Positions 34,460 through 44,116 of a stretch of DNA of 47,589 nucleotides are shown piece by piece. The stretch lies in the NCBI GenBank assembly GCA_964388435.1, contig CAYMAH010000003.1:1-47589 (forward strand), given 5' to 3'. The position numbers were made by a program, and so were the translations under genes. The notes under the pieces were generated by a model. That model ran no database searches. It was not told where the DNA came from and saw only the letters and a program-made list of their open reading frames with translations. How positions within the stretch are numbered: position 1 is the first letter of the stretch; the number at the start of each line of letters is the position of its first letter. Source of the stretch: Candidatus Micrarchaeota archaeon. GTDB taxonomy: Archaea > Micrarchaeota > Micrarchaeia > Norongarragalinales > UBA8480.

Positions 34460-37153
34460 TTAGTTTTCATTGCAGTACGGCCTGTATTCGCAAGTAGAGC
34501 ATTGATAGCCCGGATTGCATTGGAAAGAATTGTTGTAGTCTGAGTTTATCTTTTTTGCTATTTCCACAAGTTTTTGCTTTATGGCTTCAAGTGGCTCTTC
34601 AACATTTTTTCCAATTATTTTGCCGTTTTTAAGACGATAGGCTATTGTTTTTTCTTTAAGGCTTTCTATTTTTAGAACGGTTGGCTCCAACCCCCGCTTT
34701 TGCAGTGCCAAAGCGTAGAGGCCAAGCTGCATCAGCTGGACTTTTACAAAAGGAGGCGATCCGGTTTTGTAGTCTATTATTTCAAACCCATTTTCGGTTT
34801 TATCATACCTATCTATCCTTCCAGTAAATTTAAAGCCTTCAAGTTCAATTGTGAAAAAATCTTCTGTTTTGATTATGTTTTTAAGCGTGTCTTTGTTTCT
34901 TTCCCAAAAGATTTTGAGCATTCTCATTATTTCCCTTTGATCGAAATTGAATTGCTGATTTTTTGACTCAAAAAGCTTTTTAAGCTCGTCAAAGCTTTTA
35001 ATGTCCTTGGCTTCTTTTAGCAGGTCGTGAACGAAAGTTCCAACGAGTAGCGGTTTGGAAGGCTCTGTTTCGAATCCCAAAAGGTGCTTAAATTCAAAAT
35101 ATTTAGGGCATTTAAGATAGCTTTCTATTGAAGAGAAGGACAATGAATTTATTTTCAATCCAAATTCCTTAACTTCTTTCTCAACCACAGTTGTTTTGAT
35201 TTTAGGCTTGATTATTTCATAGTTTTCAAGTTCGTTTATGAATTTTACGGGTTCTAAGTCTCTTTTTGATTTCAGCGGTCGGGTGATATAGAGTTTTTTT
35301 CTTGCTCTTGTCATCGCCACGTAGAAGAGCCTTCTCTCCTCGTTTTCCCTTTCTTTTTTCAGCGCGTATTTAAGGTCATTGTCTCTTGTCATTTTGTAAA
35401 CATATTTTTTTGAGAGAATGTTTTTCAGAAACTCGTGAAATTCAAGCGGTATCAAGTCAGACTGCTTGTGGTTTGGAAAAAAACCCTCCTTGGAAGCGTT
35501 CATTATGAAAACCGCGTCGAATTCAAGCCCTTTGGAAGCGTGGATTGTCATCAACTTGACATTTTCTCCTGTTGAAGGCTTGTCTTCCACTTCAACGCTT
35601 CCATTCCTTGCTATTTCAACAAAATCAAGAAAGTCCTTTAGGCTAGAATTTTCAGCTTCAAAGTTTTTTATGAAAAGTTCAAAGTCGTTGAAATCAGTCA
35701 AAGCCCTCCGGTCATCCCTTGAAGCGTAAGTTTTGGTTATGTCAAACACCTCGCAGACTTTTTCAAGAGTTTTATGTAGCCCCTCGGCGCTTATTTCATT
35801 AAGCTTTTTTACCACGCTTTTCAACTTTTCATTTTCAACCATGTTTTTGGCTATTATTTCTTTGATAGGAGTTTGGTATTTTTTTTTAAAATCAGTCAAT
35901 TGTTTTATTGTTTTTTTATCCGCCCCGTTAAGCTCGAATATTTTCAAAAGAGACAATTCTGAAGATTGAGAGGGTTTTTCAAAACCATTCAAAACCTGAA
36001 GGTAAGCCAAAGCTTCCTTGACTATTTGAGTGTTAAGTATGTCGCTTCCTACAAGTTCAAACGGAATTCCCAGTTTTTCAAGCTCTTTTTTTAAAATTGT
36101 TGAATGGTGCCTGTACCGATACAAAACACCTATGGTTGAATAATTTTTAAGTTTTATTATCTCGTTTGCTATGAAAGCCGCTTCTGAATCTGGGTTTTCA
36201 CACTCCACCACTTTAACCGTGACCCCTTCAAATGCTGAGTGAAGCAGAATTCCTCTGCCATTATTTTTTATAACGTTGAAAGCCGCTTTAAGGATTTGAT
36301 TAGTTGAACGGTGGTTTTCATTTAAGGTTATTTTTTCAGGCTTAAAAAAAGATTCAAACTTATCTATGTTGTCGTTTTTAGCTCCTCTGAAGCCATAGAT
36401 GCTTTGGTTTTGATCCGCCACTACTGCTATGCTTGAATTTTCAGCTAAAAGTTTGAGAAGTTCAAGCTGGTTGGAATCCACGTCTTGAAACTCATCAACA
36501 GCCATGTGGGTGAAAGCAGGTTTTTTCTCCTTTAAAAGTTCTATTGCTTTAAGCTGCAAATCTTCATAGTCAAGCAGCTTTTCTTCGGCGTTTTTCTCTT
36601 CGTAAAACACCCAAAAATTCAGAAATTTAGCATAGGATTCAAATCTTTTAAAGTCTTCTGCGAAAAAATCCAAGTTAGGAGTTTCAACTCCGGTTAAATT
36701 TTTCACAACATAATCGTCATATGTGCTTTCAAGGTTTTCAAAGCCTGTTTCGCGCAATTTTTTTTCAATTTCTTCAAGCATTCTTCCATATGCTTTTGGA
36801 TTCAAACCCAGGTTTTTGCATTTATTTATTGTTTTAGCGTAAAGCGAAGAGGTTGATTTATCCACTCCGAGACGGTGAATTCTGAGTATTTGAAGGTATT
36901 CTGTTAGGATTTTAAAGTTTAAACCGTTTTCTTTCAAAAACCAGGAGCAAAACCCGTGAAAAGTTTCCACGAAAACCTCTTTCCCCGTTTGGGAGGCCAC
37001 TCTCTGCTTGAGGTTTGAAGCGGCTTCATTTGAAAAGGTAAGACAGAGAATTTTATTTTCTTCAATCCCCTCCTCAACCCATTTCTTAACTTTTTCAGAT
37101 ATGAAAGCGGTTTTTCCAGTTCCAGCTCCAGCGATTACCAATAATTTTTCCAT
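34460..37153 (-). CDS. UvrD/PcrA-type SF1 helicase fused to a C-terminal Cas4/AddB-type PD-(D/E)xK nuclease with Fe-S Cys cluster
   Basis: Helicase: AGAGTGKT, DEFQD, TIHASKGLEFDAVFI, LFYVAMTRARKKLYI. Nuclease: SIESYLKCPKYF, GTFVHDLL, GRIDRYD, EIIDYKTG, QLGLYALA, CSTCEYRPYC. Confidence 0.85.
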   Translation of the reverse strand: MEKLLVIAGAGTGKTAFISEKVKKWVEEGIEENKILCLTFSNEAASNLKQRVASQTGKEVFVETFHGFCSWFLKENGLNFKILTEYLQILRIHRLGVDKSTSSLYAKTINKCKNLGLNPKAYGRMLEEIEKKLRETGFENLESTYDDYVVKNLTGVETPNLDFFAEDFKRFESYAKFLNFWVFYEEKNAEEKLLDYEDLQLKAIELLKEKKPAFTHMAVDEFQDVDSNQLELLKLLAENSSIAVVADQNQSIYGFRGAKNDNIDKFESFFKPEKITLNENHRSTNQILKAAFNVIKNNGRGILLHSAFEGVTVKVVECENPDSEAAFIANEIIKLKNYSTIGVLYRYRHHSTILKKELEKLGIPFELVGSDILNTQIVKEALAYLQVLNGFEKPSQSSELSLLKIFELNGADKKTIKQLTDFKKKYQTPIKEIIAKNMVENEKLKSVVKKLNEISAEGLHKTLEKVCEVFDITKTYASRDDRRALTDFNDFELFIKNFEAENSSLKDFLDFVEIARNGSVEVEDKPSTGENVKLMTIHASKGLEFDAVFIMNASKEGFFPNHKQSDLIPLEFHEFLKNILSKKYVYKMTRDNDLKYALKKERENEERRLFYVAMTRARKKLYITRPLKSKRDLEPVKFINELENYEIIKPKIKTTVVEKEVKEFGLKINSLSFSSIESYLKCPKYFEFKHLLGFETEPSKPLLVGTFVHDLLKEAKDIKSFDELKKLFESKNQQFNFDQREIMRMLKIFWERNKDTLKNIIKTEDFFTIELEGFKFTGRIDRYDKTENGFEIIDYKTGSPPFVKVQLMQLGLYALALQKRGLEPTVLKIESLKEKTIAYRLKNGKIIGKNVEEPLEAIKQKLVEIAKKINSDYNNSFQCNPGYQCSTCEYRPYCNEN

Positions 37154-37159
37154 TTGCAG

Positions 37160-38206
37160 TCACTTGAATTCAAGGCAAAGTTCAACCGCCCTTCTAAGCA
37201 AAATGTTTGCAAAGCCCACTGGAAACATCAACCCAGCTGCAGCGGCGTGACCACCGCCGGTTATATCGGGGTTTTTGAACTCGTCTTTTATTTTTTTAAT
37301 AACGTCAAACGCTTTAAATCCACTTTCCAAAGCTTTTTGATTTGCCCTGAAAGTTATTGAATTATCGGTCCATGATATGAAAACAGCTGGCTTTTGCGTT
37401 GGATACACGTCTTTCACATAATTGGCAAGAACCGCCCTTGTAGGATAGCCAAACAAGTTAAATCTTGCGGTTATAACTTGAAATTCTTTTTGCTTTACTT
37501 CAAACGACAGCTTTCGGTATGCCTTTTCTATTTTTTCCCTTGCCTCAGCGCTTAACTCTTCAACCTCTTCCTTGTTTTTCAGAGTTTTTTCGAATTTTCC
37601 AAGCGTTGGCTTGACGGTTGAGCGAAGGTAGTATACAACATCCGCCTGCTTTGAAAATTCTTCCTTTCTAAAGGAGCTGTAATCCCCTTCAAGGGCTATT
37701 TCTGCGAATAGCTTCAAATCCTCGTTTTCTGCCATTCTTCTAACCACTTCAAAACATAAATATCCCGCGCAATAATTTGAATTGGAGTTGGAATTATTAA
37801 ACAAAAACGGGTTGACATAAAATGCTTTTTTCTCCTTTTTCATGGGATGATGGTCGATTATGAGCACCTCAATGCCTTTGTCAGCAAGGCTTTTAACCGC
37901 TTCATAGTTATCTTCCCCACTTCCCATATCTGCAAGCACTACCAATTCATAGCTAGAGTCTTCAAGCGCGTCCTGCATTCTGTAAACCACATTCCTCGCC
38001 TGTATGAATTGAACGTTGAATTGAAGTTTATTTTCAATGCAGAATTTTTTCAACCCCCTCCATAAAATCAAACCACTCATTATCCCATCCACGTCGTCAT
38101 GGTGATTTACCACTATCCTCTTTTTTTTAGCTATGCTCTCCGATAGAATGGCGGCTGCTTTTTCAAAGAAAGGTTTTAGCTTCTTGGTCGTTTCATCTTC
38201 TATCAT
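37160..38206 (-). CDS. DHH/DHHA1 phosphoesterase (NrnA/RecJ-like)
   Basis: VNHHDDVDGIMSG, VLADMGSG, IIDHHP and GGGHAAAAG motifs. Probable start at ATG 38206 (MIEDETT); the ORF-track start is 38287. The stop lies 7 nt before the helicase-nuclease start. Confidence 0.8.
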   Translation of the reverse strand: MIEDETTKKLKPFFEKAAAILSESIAKKKRIVVNHHDDVDGIMSGLILWRGLKKFCIENKLQFNVQFIQARNVVYRMQDALEDSSYELVVLADMGSGEDNYEAVKSLADKGIEVLIIDHHPMKKEKKAFYVNPFLFNNSNSNSNYCAGYLCFEVVRRMAENEDLKLFAEIALEGDYSSFRKEEFSKQADVVYYLRSTVKPTLGKFEKTLKNKEEVEELSAEAREKIEKAYRKLSFEVKQKEFQVITARFNLFGYPTRAVLANYVKDVYPTQKPAVFISWTDNSITFRANQKALESGFKAFDVIKKIKDEFKNPDITGGGHAAAAGLMFPVGFANILLRRAVELCLEFK

Positions 38207-38329
38207 TTTAAGCACTTGATGGGTTTTGATTAAGAAAATATTTAAACCATCCCACCCCCCGTTTCCAACGTTTCCAGCGTTCAGCAAAAAAAATTCAAAC
38301 CAAAAGATTTAATTAAATTCAAGATTTAA

Positions 38330-38626
38330 ATGACATTGAAAATGGAAATAGACAAGCAAATGATGAAGAGGATAAGCGAAACCTCGAGAATAAAGTTATC
38401 CGAAAGGGAGGAGGAGACGCTGACAAAGGACCTAAACAATATTCTAGAGTTTTTCTCGGAAATCAAAAAGCTGGATTTGAATGAAAATGAAGAATATTAT
38501 ATTGGAAGAAGCAAGTCAAAACAGAGAAAAGACAAAGCCGAAAACAGAAAGAAGGAAAGCAGCGAGATAATAAAAGCGTTTAATTCAAAGGAAGATGATT
38601 ATCTTTTAGCTCCAAAAAGCCTGTGA
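38330..38626 (+). CDS. gatC: Asp/Glu-tRNA amidotransferase subunit C
   Basis: 98 aa, ISETSRIKLSEREEETLTKDLNNILEFFSEI; directly upstream of gatA. Confidence 0.75.
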   Translation: MTLKMEIDKQMMKRISETSRIKLSEREEETLTKDLNNILEFFSEIKKLDLNENEEYYIGRSKSKQRKDKAENRKKESSEIIKAFNSKEDDYLLAPKSL

Positions 38627-38627
38627 T

Positions 38628-39962
38628 GTGAAAATGAAAGAAGTCTACGAAAAGCTGCAAAAAGGAATTTTAACCCCGTCACAAAATTTAGAAAGCAAAA
38701 TCAAGAAAATCAAGGAAATGGAGGATAAAATAAACGCTTTTATAACAATTGATTTTGAAAACGCTAGAAAAAGAGCAAGGGAAATCGAAAAAAAGAAAAG
38801 CAAGGGAAAGCTTTACGGTTTGGTAATAGCGGTAAAGGATAATATAGCTGTTGAAGGAATGAAAATGACGTGCGCTTCAAAAATGCTTGAAAATTATCTT
38901 CCGCCCTACAACGCGACTGTGATAAATAAAATAATAGAGCAGGACGGCATTATAATAGGCAAAACAAACATGGATGAGTTCGCCTGCGGAAGCGACACCA
39001 CTCACAGCGCTTTTAAAGTTACAAGAAATCCTGTTGACTTGGAGAAAGTTCCCGGAGGCAGTAGCGGTGGAAGCGCGGCCGCGGTTAAAGCGGGTTTTTG
39101 CGATTTGGCTTTAGGCAGCGACACCGGAGGGAGCATAAGATGCCCTGCGAGTTTCTGCAAAACATTTGGATTCAAGCCAAGCTATGGCAGCATTTCAAGG
39201 TACGGATTAGCAGACATGGCTATGAGCTTGGATCAAATTGGAGTGTTCTCCGAAGATGTTTTCGGGGTTGAATTGCTATTTAATATCATCAGAGGGGTTG
39301 ATGAGAAAGATGCCGTAACCAGGGAGTTTGAAAAGAAAGCAAGCAAAAATAAGGTTGCGATAGTGAAAGAATTTTTTGAAGGGTGTGATAAGAAAATTGA
39401 AGAAAGTATCAGAAATAAAATAAAAGGTTTAAACGCCGAAGAGATTTCAATTCCCTCCCTTAAACATGCCTTGCCAGCGTATTATCTTTTGGTATACAGC
39501 GAGTTCGCTTCAACAATGCAGAAGTATGACGGTTTGAAGTACGGAAGCAAGGGAAAAGGAAGTGATCTTGTTGAAATAGTGAGCAGCGCTAGAAGCGAGA
39601 ATTTCGGGATGGAGGTCAAGAGAAGAATACTTCTTGGAACGTATATTACAAGCAAGGATTACAGGGAAGCGTGGTACGTTACAACGCTTAAAGCAAGAAG
39701 CGCCATAAAAAAAGAGATTGAAAAAAAACTAGAACAATACGATTTTCTAATCGGACCTACAATGCCGATGGAAGCGTGGAAAATAGGGGAAAAGGGAGAG
39801 CCCACTCAAATGTACGCAGCCGACATTCTCACGGTTCCAGTTAACATTGCAGGTTTGAGCGCCATAAGCATTCCGCTGGAAAACGGAGGGCTGCAATTGA
39901 TAGGAAGTCAAGGGGATGATGAGAATCTTTTAAAATTTGCAGAAAGGCTGAACGAAAAATGA
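38628..39962 (+). CDS. gatA: Asp/Glu-tRNA amidotransferase subunit A
   Basis: Amidase signature GGSSGGSAAAVKAGFCDLALGSDTGGSIR. Confidence 0.92.
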   Translation: MKMKEVYEKLQKGILTPSQNLESKIKKIKEMEDKINAFITIDFENARKRAREIEKKKSKGKLYGLVIAVKDNIAVEGMKMTCASKMLENYLPPYNATVINKIIEQDGIIIGKTNMDEFACGSDTTHSAFKVTRNPVDLEKVPGGSSGGSAAAVKAGFCDLALGSDTGGSIRCPASFCKTFGFKPSYGSISRYGLADMAMSLDQIGVFSEDVFGVELLFNIIRGVDEKDAVTREFEKKASKNKVAIVKEFFEGCDKKIEESIRNKIKGLNAEEISIPSLKHALPAYYLLVYSEFASTMQKYDGLKYGSKGKGSDLVEIVSSARSENFGMEVKRRILLGTYITSKDYREAWYVTTLKARSAIKKEIEKKLEQYDFLIGPTMPMEAWKIGEKGEPTQMYAADILTVPVNIAGLSAISIPLENGGLQLIGSQGDDENLLKFAERLNEK

Positions 39963-41284
39963 AGACAATAATCGGATTGGAAATTCACGTTCAACTTAAA
40001 ACCGAAAGCAAGCTTTTCTGCAACTGTGAAACAAATTATTTGACTGCCAAAACAAATGAAAACACTTGTGTGGTTTGTTTAGCGCACCCTGGTTCAAAGC
40101 CTTATTTTATAAACGAAAAGGCAATGAAAAACGCAGTTATGATAGCAACCGCGCTTAACTGTGAAATTCAGGATGAGATAATAATGCAGAGAAAGCATTA
40201 TTTCTATCCAGACCTTCCAAACGGCTATCAAAGAACAAGCAAGCCATTGGGGGTAAAAGGAAAACTTGAAGGCGTTACAATAAGGGAAGTTCATATTGAG
40301 GAAGATCCCGGAAGGTATGATCTTAAAACCGGAAAAACAGATTACAACCGGTGTGGAATTCCTCTTGTTGAAATAGTAACCGAACCCGAAATCAAGGATT
40401 TTGAGCACGCCAAAAAATTTCTGGAAGAGCTTCAATTAATTTTATCTTATCTTGAAGCTTCAAGGGAAGAACCTGGCAGTTCAAGAGTGGACGCCAACAT
40501 TTCAATAGAAGGGCACCCAAGAATTGAAGTCAAAAACATAAACTCATTCAAAGGAGTTTACATCGCGTTGGAATATGAAGAGAAAAGGCAGAAAAAAATG
40601 ATACAGGAAAACGTTACATATGGTCAGGAAACAAGACATTTCGATGAAGAAAAAGGAATCACAACAGGCATGAGAAAAAAGGAAACACTTGAAGACTATA
40701 GATATTCACCGGACCCCGACGTACCTCCGATTGAAGTGGATAAAAAAACAACAATACCCGAGCTTCCAAAACAAAAAAGGAAGAGGCTTGAAGAAAAGTT
40801 CAACATAACAAGCGAAGAAGCCTTGATAATGACAAGCGAGAGAAAACTCGCAGACGCTTTTGAAGAGATTTCAAAGCAATGCAATCCAAAGCTTGTGGCA
40901 AGGTTTTTCAAGGGAGTGCTGAAAAAGCAGTTGAACTACAGAAACTTAAAATACTCTGAAAAGCTCACTCCCGAAATTTTATGGATAGAAAAAGCAATTG
41001 AAGAAAACAAAATAACCGACAAGGCGGGTGAAACAATTTTAATGGAAGCGATAGACAAAGGGGAAAAAGCTGAAAGGATAGCTTCAGAGCAAAACCTTCT
41101 TGGAGTTGAAACAAATATTGATGAAATTATAGTAAAAATTTTAAGCGAAAACAAAAAGGCGGTTGAAGACTACAAAAAAGGGGGGGAAAAAGCACTTAAC
41201 TTTCTAATAGGAAGAATAATGAAAGAAACAAAGGGAAAAGCCGACAAAAATAAAGTAATGGAATTTTTAAAAAGCAAAATTTAA
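39959..41284 (+). CDS. gatB: Asp/Glu-tRNA amidotransferase subunit B
   Basis: IGLEIHVQL..KLFC.C, YFYPDLPNGYQ and HIEEDPG motifs, C-terminal YqeY-like tail. 4-nt overlap with gatA. Confidence 0.92.
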   Translation: MKTIIGLEIHVQLKTESKLFCNCETNYLTAKTNENTCVVCLAHPGSKPYFINEKAMKNAVMIATALNCEIQDEIIMQRKHYFYPDLPNGYQRTSKPLGVKGKLEGVTIREVHIEEDPGRYDLKTGKTDYNRCGIPLVEIVTEPEIKDFEHAKKFLEELQLILSYLEASREEPGSSRVDANISIEGHPRIEVKNINSFKGVYIALEYEEKRQKKMIQENVTYGQETRHFDEEKGITTGMRKKETLEDYRYSPDPDVPPIEVDKKTTIPELPKQKRKRLEEKFNITSEEALIMTSERKLADAFEEISKQCNPKLVARFFKGVLKKQLNYRNLKYSEKLTPEILWIEKAIEENKITDKAGETILMEAIDKGEKAERIASEQNLLGVETNIDEIIVKILSENKKAVEDYKKGGEKALNFLIGRIMKETKGKADKNKVMEFLKSKI

Positions 41285-41319
41285 ACCATTTGGTCTTTTC
41301 AGGAGTTTAAAATAAAAGT

Positions 41320-41628
41320 TTATTCCTTTTCTATTTCCTTCAGCCACTTGAACGTGTGAAACGCCTTGTCCATCTGCAGCAACCCATAGCCTAGAATTAA
41401 AAATGAGACAATCTGGAATATTCCGGCGAATAACATCAAATCTATTCCAACATCTGTCAACACTCTTGTGGCAAGGCTTAGAGCGAATAATAAGATTCCA
41501 AGATCTATTAATTCCAAGGTAAAGGCGAAGCTCGAATTTCTGAATCTTATGAAAAGCCTTGAAAGGATGACTATTCCAAAAAATAGAAGTACAAATGACA
41601 GCAAGTCTAAAATCAAAGTCAAGTTCAA
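41320..41628 (-). CDS. Small membrane protein (3 TM), unknown function
   Basis: 102 aa and strongly hydrophobic. Preferred over the overlapping alternative frame 41267-41647. Confidence 0.45.
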   Translation of the reverse strand: MNLTLILDLLSFVLLFFGIVILSRLFIRFRNSSFAFTLELIDLGILLFALSLATRVLTDVGIDLMLFAGIFQIVSFLILGYGLLQMDKAFHTFKWLKEIEKE

Positions 41629-41732
41629 TCAATTCACCTTTTACCAAGAATTAAAAAAGTTAAACTTGTTTATAAAGGTTACTGTTCAGCAAGGATTTGC
41701 ACTGTTAAAATTTAAAGATCTAACCGCTTTTT

Positions 41733-42512
41733 TTAGAAGAGATAGAATGCTGCGCTTTGATCTTGCTGTTCTAAAAACCTTGTTATTGAAATATAGGCTA
41801 GCATTGCGAAAATGAAAGCAAGGAGTTTGGTTAAATTCCAAGTGTAGGTGGTTTCTAAAAGCCTGCTTGGAATCATTATGAAATCTCTTGCAAGCGCTAG
41901 GCTTATGGCAAGCAAAGCCCACTTATAAGTTTTTATGAACAGCTTTGAATTTATGAAAATCATCAAAACAATTAAACCAGTTGTTACTATGATATCCACA
42001 AGCGCGCTTGTGAGTGCATACGCTTTGTTTAAAGCACTAGCATTTGAAAGCATTAAAGGTTGAGCGTAGAAAATAAACGCAATCAGTAAAAGGGTTATTA
42101 TAAAAGCACTTACTATTTTTGTTTTCACATTGCTTTTCTGAATGAAAACACCCTTAAACAAGAAGTAGAGTGCCGCCACGAAGAAAAGATATCCAATTAT
42201 GTAAAACGTGTTGAACAACAATAAAAATTGAGGGTAGATATCCAAGGTTGAAAGCATCATGGTTATTGATTGAATTAAAAGTAAAATAAAAGAGTAGTAG
42301 AGCATTTCATTTATTTTTGACTTTGCTTTAACTTTACTTGCCGCGGTCAGGGCAATTACTATGAAAATCGACAGCAGTGCGTAGCCACAGGCTCTGAAAA
42401 AATATGCTGGAAGGGAAATGTTAAAACTAAGTATCGCGTAAATAGAAGTAAACACTATAAATACAATTACTGCTTTCACAGTTAGACTCGCTTTTTTTCC
42501 CATCGCAATCAA
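41733..42512 (-). CDS. Polytopic membrane protein (about 7 TM), unknown function
   Basis: 259 aa with regularly spaced hydrophobic helices and no recognised motif. Confidence 0.55.
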   Translation of the reverse strand: MIAMGKKASLTVKAVIVFIVFTSIYAILSFNISLPAYFFRACGYALLSIFIVIALTAASKVKAKSKINEMLYYSFILLLIQSITMMLSTLDIYPQFLLLFNTFYIIGYLFFVAALYFLFKGVFIQKSNVKTKIVSAFIITLLLIAFIFYAQPLMLSNASALNKAYALTSALVDIIVTTGLIVLMIFINSKLFIKTYKWALLAISLALARDFIMIPSRLLETTYTWNLTKLLAFIFAMLAYISITRFLEQQDQSAAFYLF

Positions 42513-42575
42513 TTACGATTTAAAAAGATAAATATTTAAACAATTTGATTATTTAACATGAAGGAAGAGTTTTAA

Positions 42576-43073
42576 ATGATTGCAACAAAAAGATTTTCCA
42601 TGAAACTTCCTTTTGTTTGGATGTTGTTTTTAACCGCTTCTTTTGCAAGCGCCTGCATTATTGTCGTTGATATTCACTCTCCTCAAAATTTAGGAAATTA
42701 TATAGTTAACACCACAATTCCAATTAATTTAAGCATTTATGATGCTCAGAGTGACGCTGGTTTAACAACAGCGGTTTTAAATGTTAGTTTTTTTAGCAAC
42801 AACACGCTTATTCAAAATGTTTTAATTCCTTATCAAAATGGCTTTTACAATAGCAGTTTCACTCCCTTAACCACAGGGGGTTATGAAGCGGTTTTAAATG
42901 TTTCAAACTCCAGCTGCTCCAATTTTTCAGGTTACATGAATTTTTTTGTTTTTGGCAGCCAGTCTATAAGCGTGCCTGACACTAATATTTTAATTGTTTT
43001 ATTGATGTTTGTCTTTATAGTAGGTTATTTTAAATGGAATCGTGGATTGAAAAATACTCGCCTAAAAAAATAA
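42576..43073 (+). CDS. Small anchored surface glycoprotein (Ig-like?)
   Basis: Signal MKLPFVWMLFLTASFASA, several sequons (NLS, NVS, NNT, NSS, NFS), C-terminal TM ILIVLLMFVFIVGYF. Confidence 0.55.
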   Translation: MIATKRFSMKLPFVWMLFLTASFASACIIVVDIHSPQNLGNYIVNTTIPINLSIYDAQSDAGLTTAVLNVSFFSNNTLIQNVLIPYQNGFYNSSFTPLTTGGYEAVLNVSNSSCSNFSGYMNFFVFGSQSISVPDTNILIVLLMFVFIVGYFKWNRGLKNTRLKK

Positions 43074-44116
43074 GCGAGGTTGCAGGTAACGAAATCGCCA
43101 AGGATGAAATCATCAGTTGGGTTAGAGAGTGTGACAAGGGAAAAACAAAGCCGTTGATGCTGTTTGGAACCACTGGATCCGGCAAAACGGCAATGGCAAA
43201 GGCAATTGCGATTGAAAAAAACTGGAATTTAGTAGAGTTCAGCGCTTTCGATTTCTACGAAGAGGATAAGATAAAAACCGCGCTTTCAAGCGTGTCGCAG
43301 AAGGGCTTGTTCGGAAAAAGCATTACGCTGATAGATAATATAAATGATGACTCCGAGGCTAAAATAATAACAAAAATAGCTGAGATTATAAGAAAAGCGG
43401 CGGAACCACTTGTTCTTATTTTAGACAATCCTTGGACTCAGAAGTTCATAGGATTGAGGCTCGGATGTAAAATGGTTGAATTTAAAAAAATCAACTCCGT
43501 CGACATTAAAAGCGTTTTGAAAAAAATAAGCGAAAGCGAGAAGGTTGAATTAAAGGCGGAGAACTTCACTGGCGATGTGAGAAGCCAAATCAATGACCTG
43601 CAAGCCGGAATTGCCGACAGCAGGGATAGAACATTGATTGTTTTCGACGCAGTTAGAAAGGTATTCAATTCAAGGCTTTTCGACGCGTTGAAGGCGGTCG
43701 ACGAAAGCGGTTTGGATATTGACTTCTTCGTTAAATGGGTTGAAGAGAACATTTCAAATGAGTATGAAGACAAAAACGAAATAGCGAATGCATTCAACTG
43801 GCTTTCAAAGGGAGATGTTTTTAACGGAAAGAGAAGCAGGGGATTGACATTATATTATAAGGTAATATCAATAGGCGGGGTAAACACAAGCAAAAAAAGA
43901 GAGTATCACAAGTTTGTAAGGTATTCCTTTCCGGAAGTTATAAGAAAGCTTTCAGAATCCAAGAAAAGAAGAGAGGTTTTGAAAAAAATTTCAAGCGAGG
44001 TTGCAGCGAAATTCCACTGCTCTTCAAAATACGCCAGGACGAGCGTCATCCCATATCTTTACAATGTTTCAGAGTTCAAAAGCCAATTCAAGATTCAATC
44101 GCTTGAAAGCTTGTAA
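43034..44116 (+). CDS. rfcL: Replication factor C large subunit, shortened, Walker B reads DN
   Basis: WIEKYSPKKISEVAGNE (RFC box II), FGTTGSGKTAMAKAIA (Walker A), ITLIDNIND (Walker B position), GDVRSQINDLQ. Confidence 0.75.
   Translation: MESWIEKYSPKKISEVAGNEIAKDEIISWVRECDKGKTKPLMLFGTTGSGKTAMAKAIAIEKNWNLVEFSAFDFYEEDKIKTALSSVSQKGLFGKSITLIDNINDDSEAKIITKIAEIIRKAAEPLVLILDNPWTQKFIGLRLGCKMVEFKKINSVDIKSVLKKISESEKVELKAENFTGDVRSQINDLQAGIADSRDRTLIVFDAVRKVFNSRLFDALKAVDESGLDIDFFVKWVEENISNEYEDKNEIANAFNWLSKGDVFNGKRSRGLTLYYKVISIGGVNTSKKREYHKFVRYSFPEVIRKLSESKKRREVLKKISSEVAAKFHCSSKYARTSVIPYLYNVSEFKSQFKIQSLESL

Noticed and set aside
41267-41647. 126-aa ORF overlapping 41320-41628 in another frame
   Set aside because: The 102-aa frame gives a coherent 3-TM membrane protein. 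The alternative frame is Arg/Cys/Trp-rich with no structure-like pattern.
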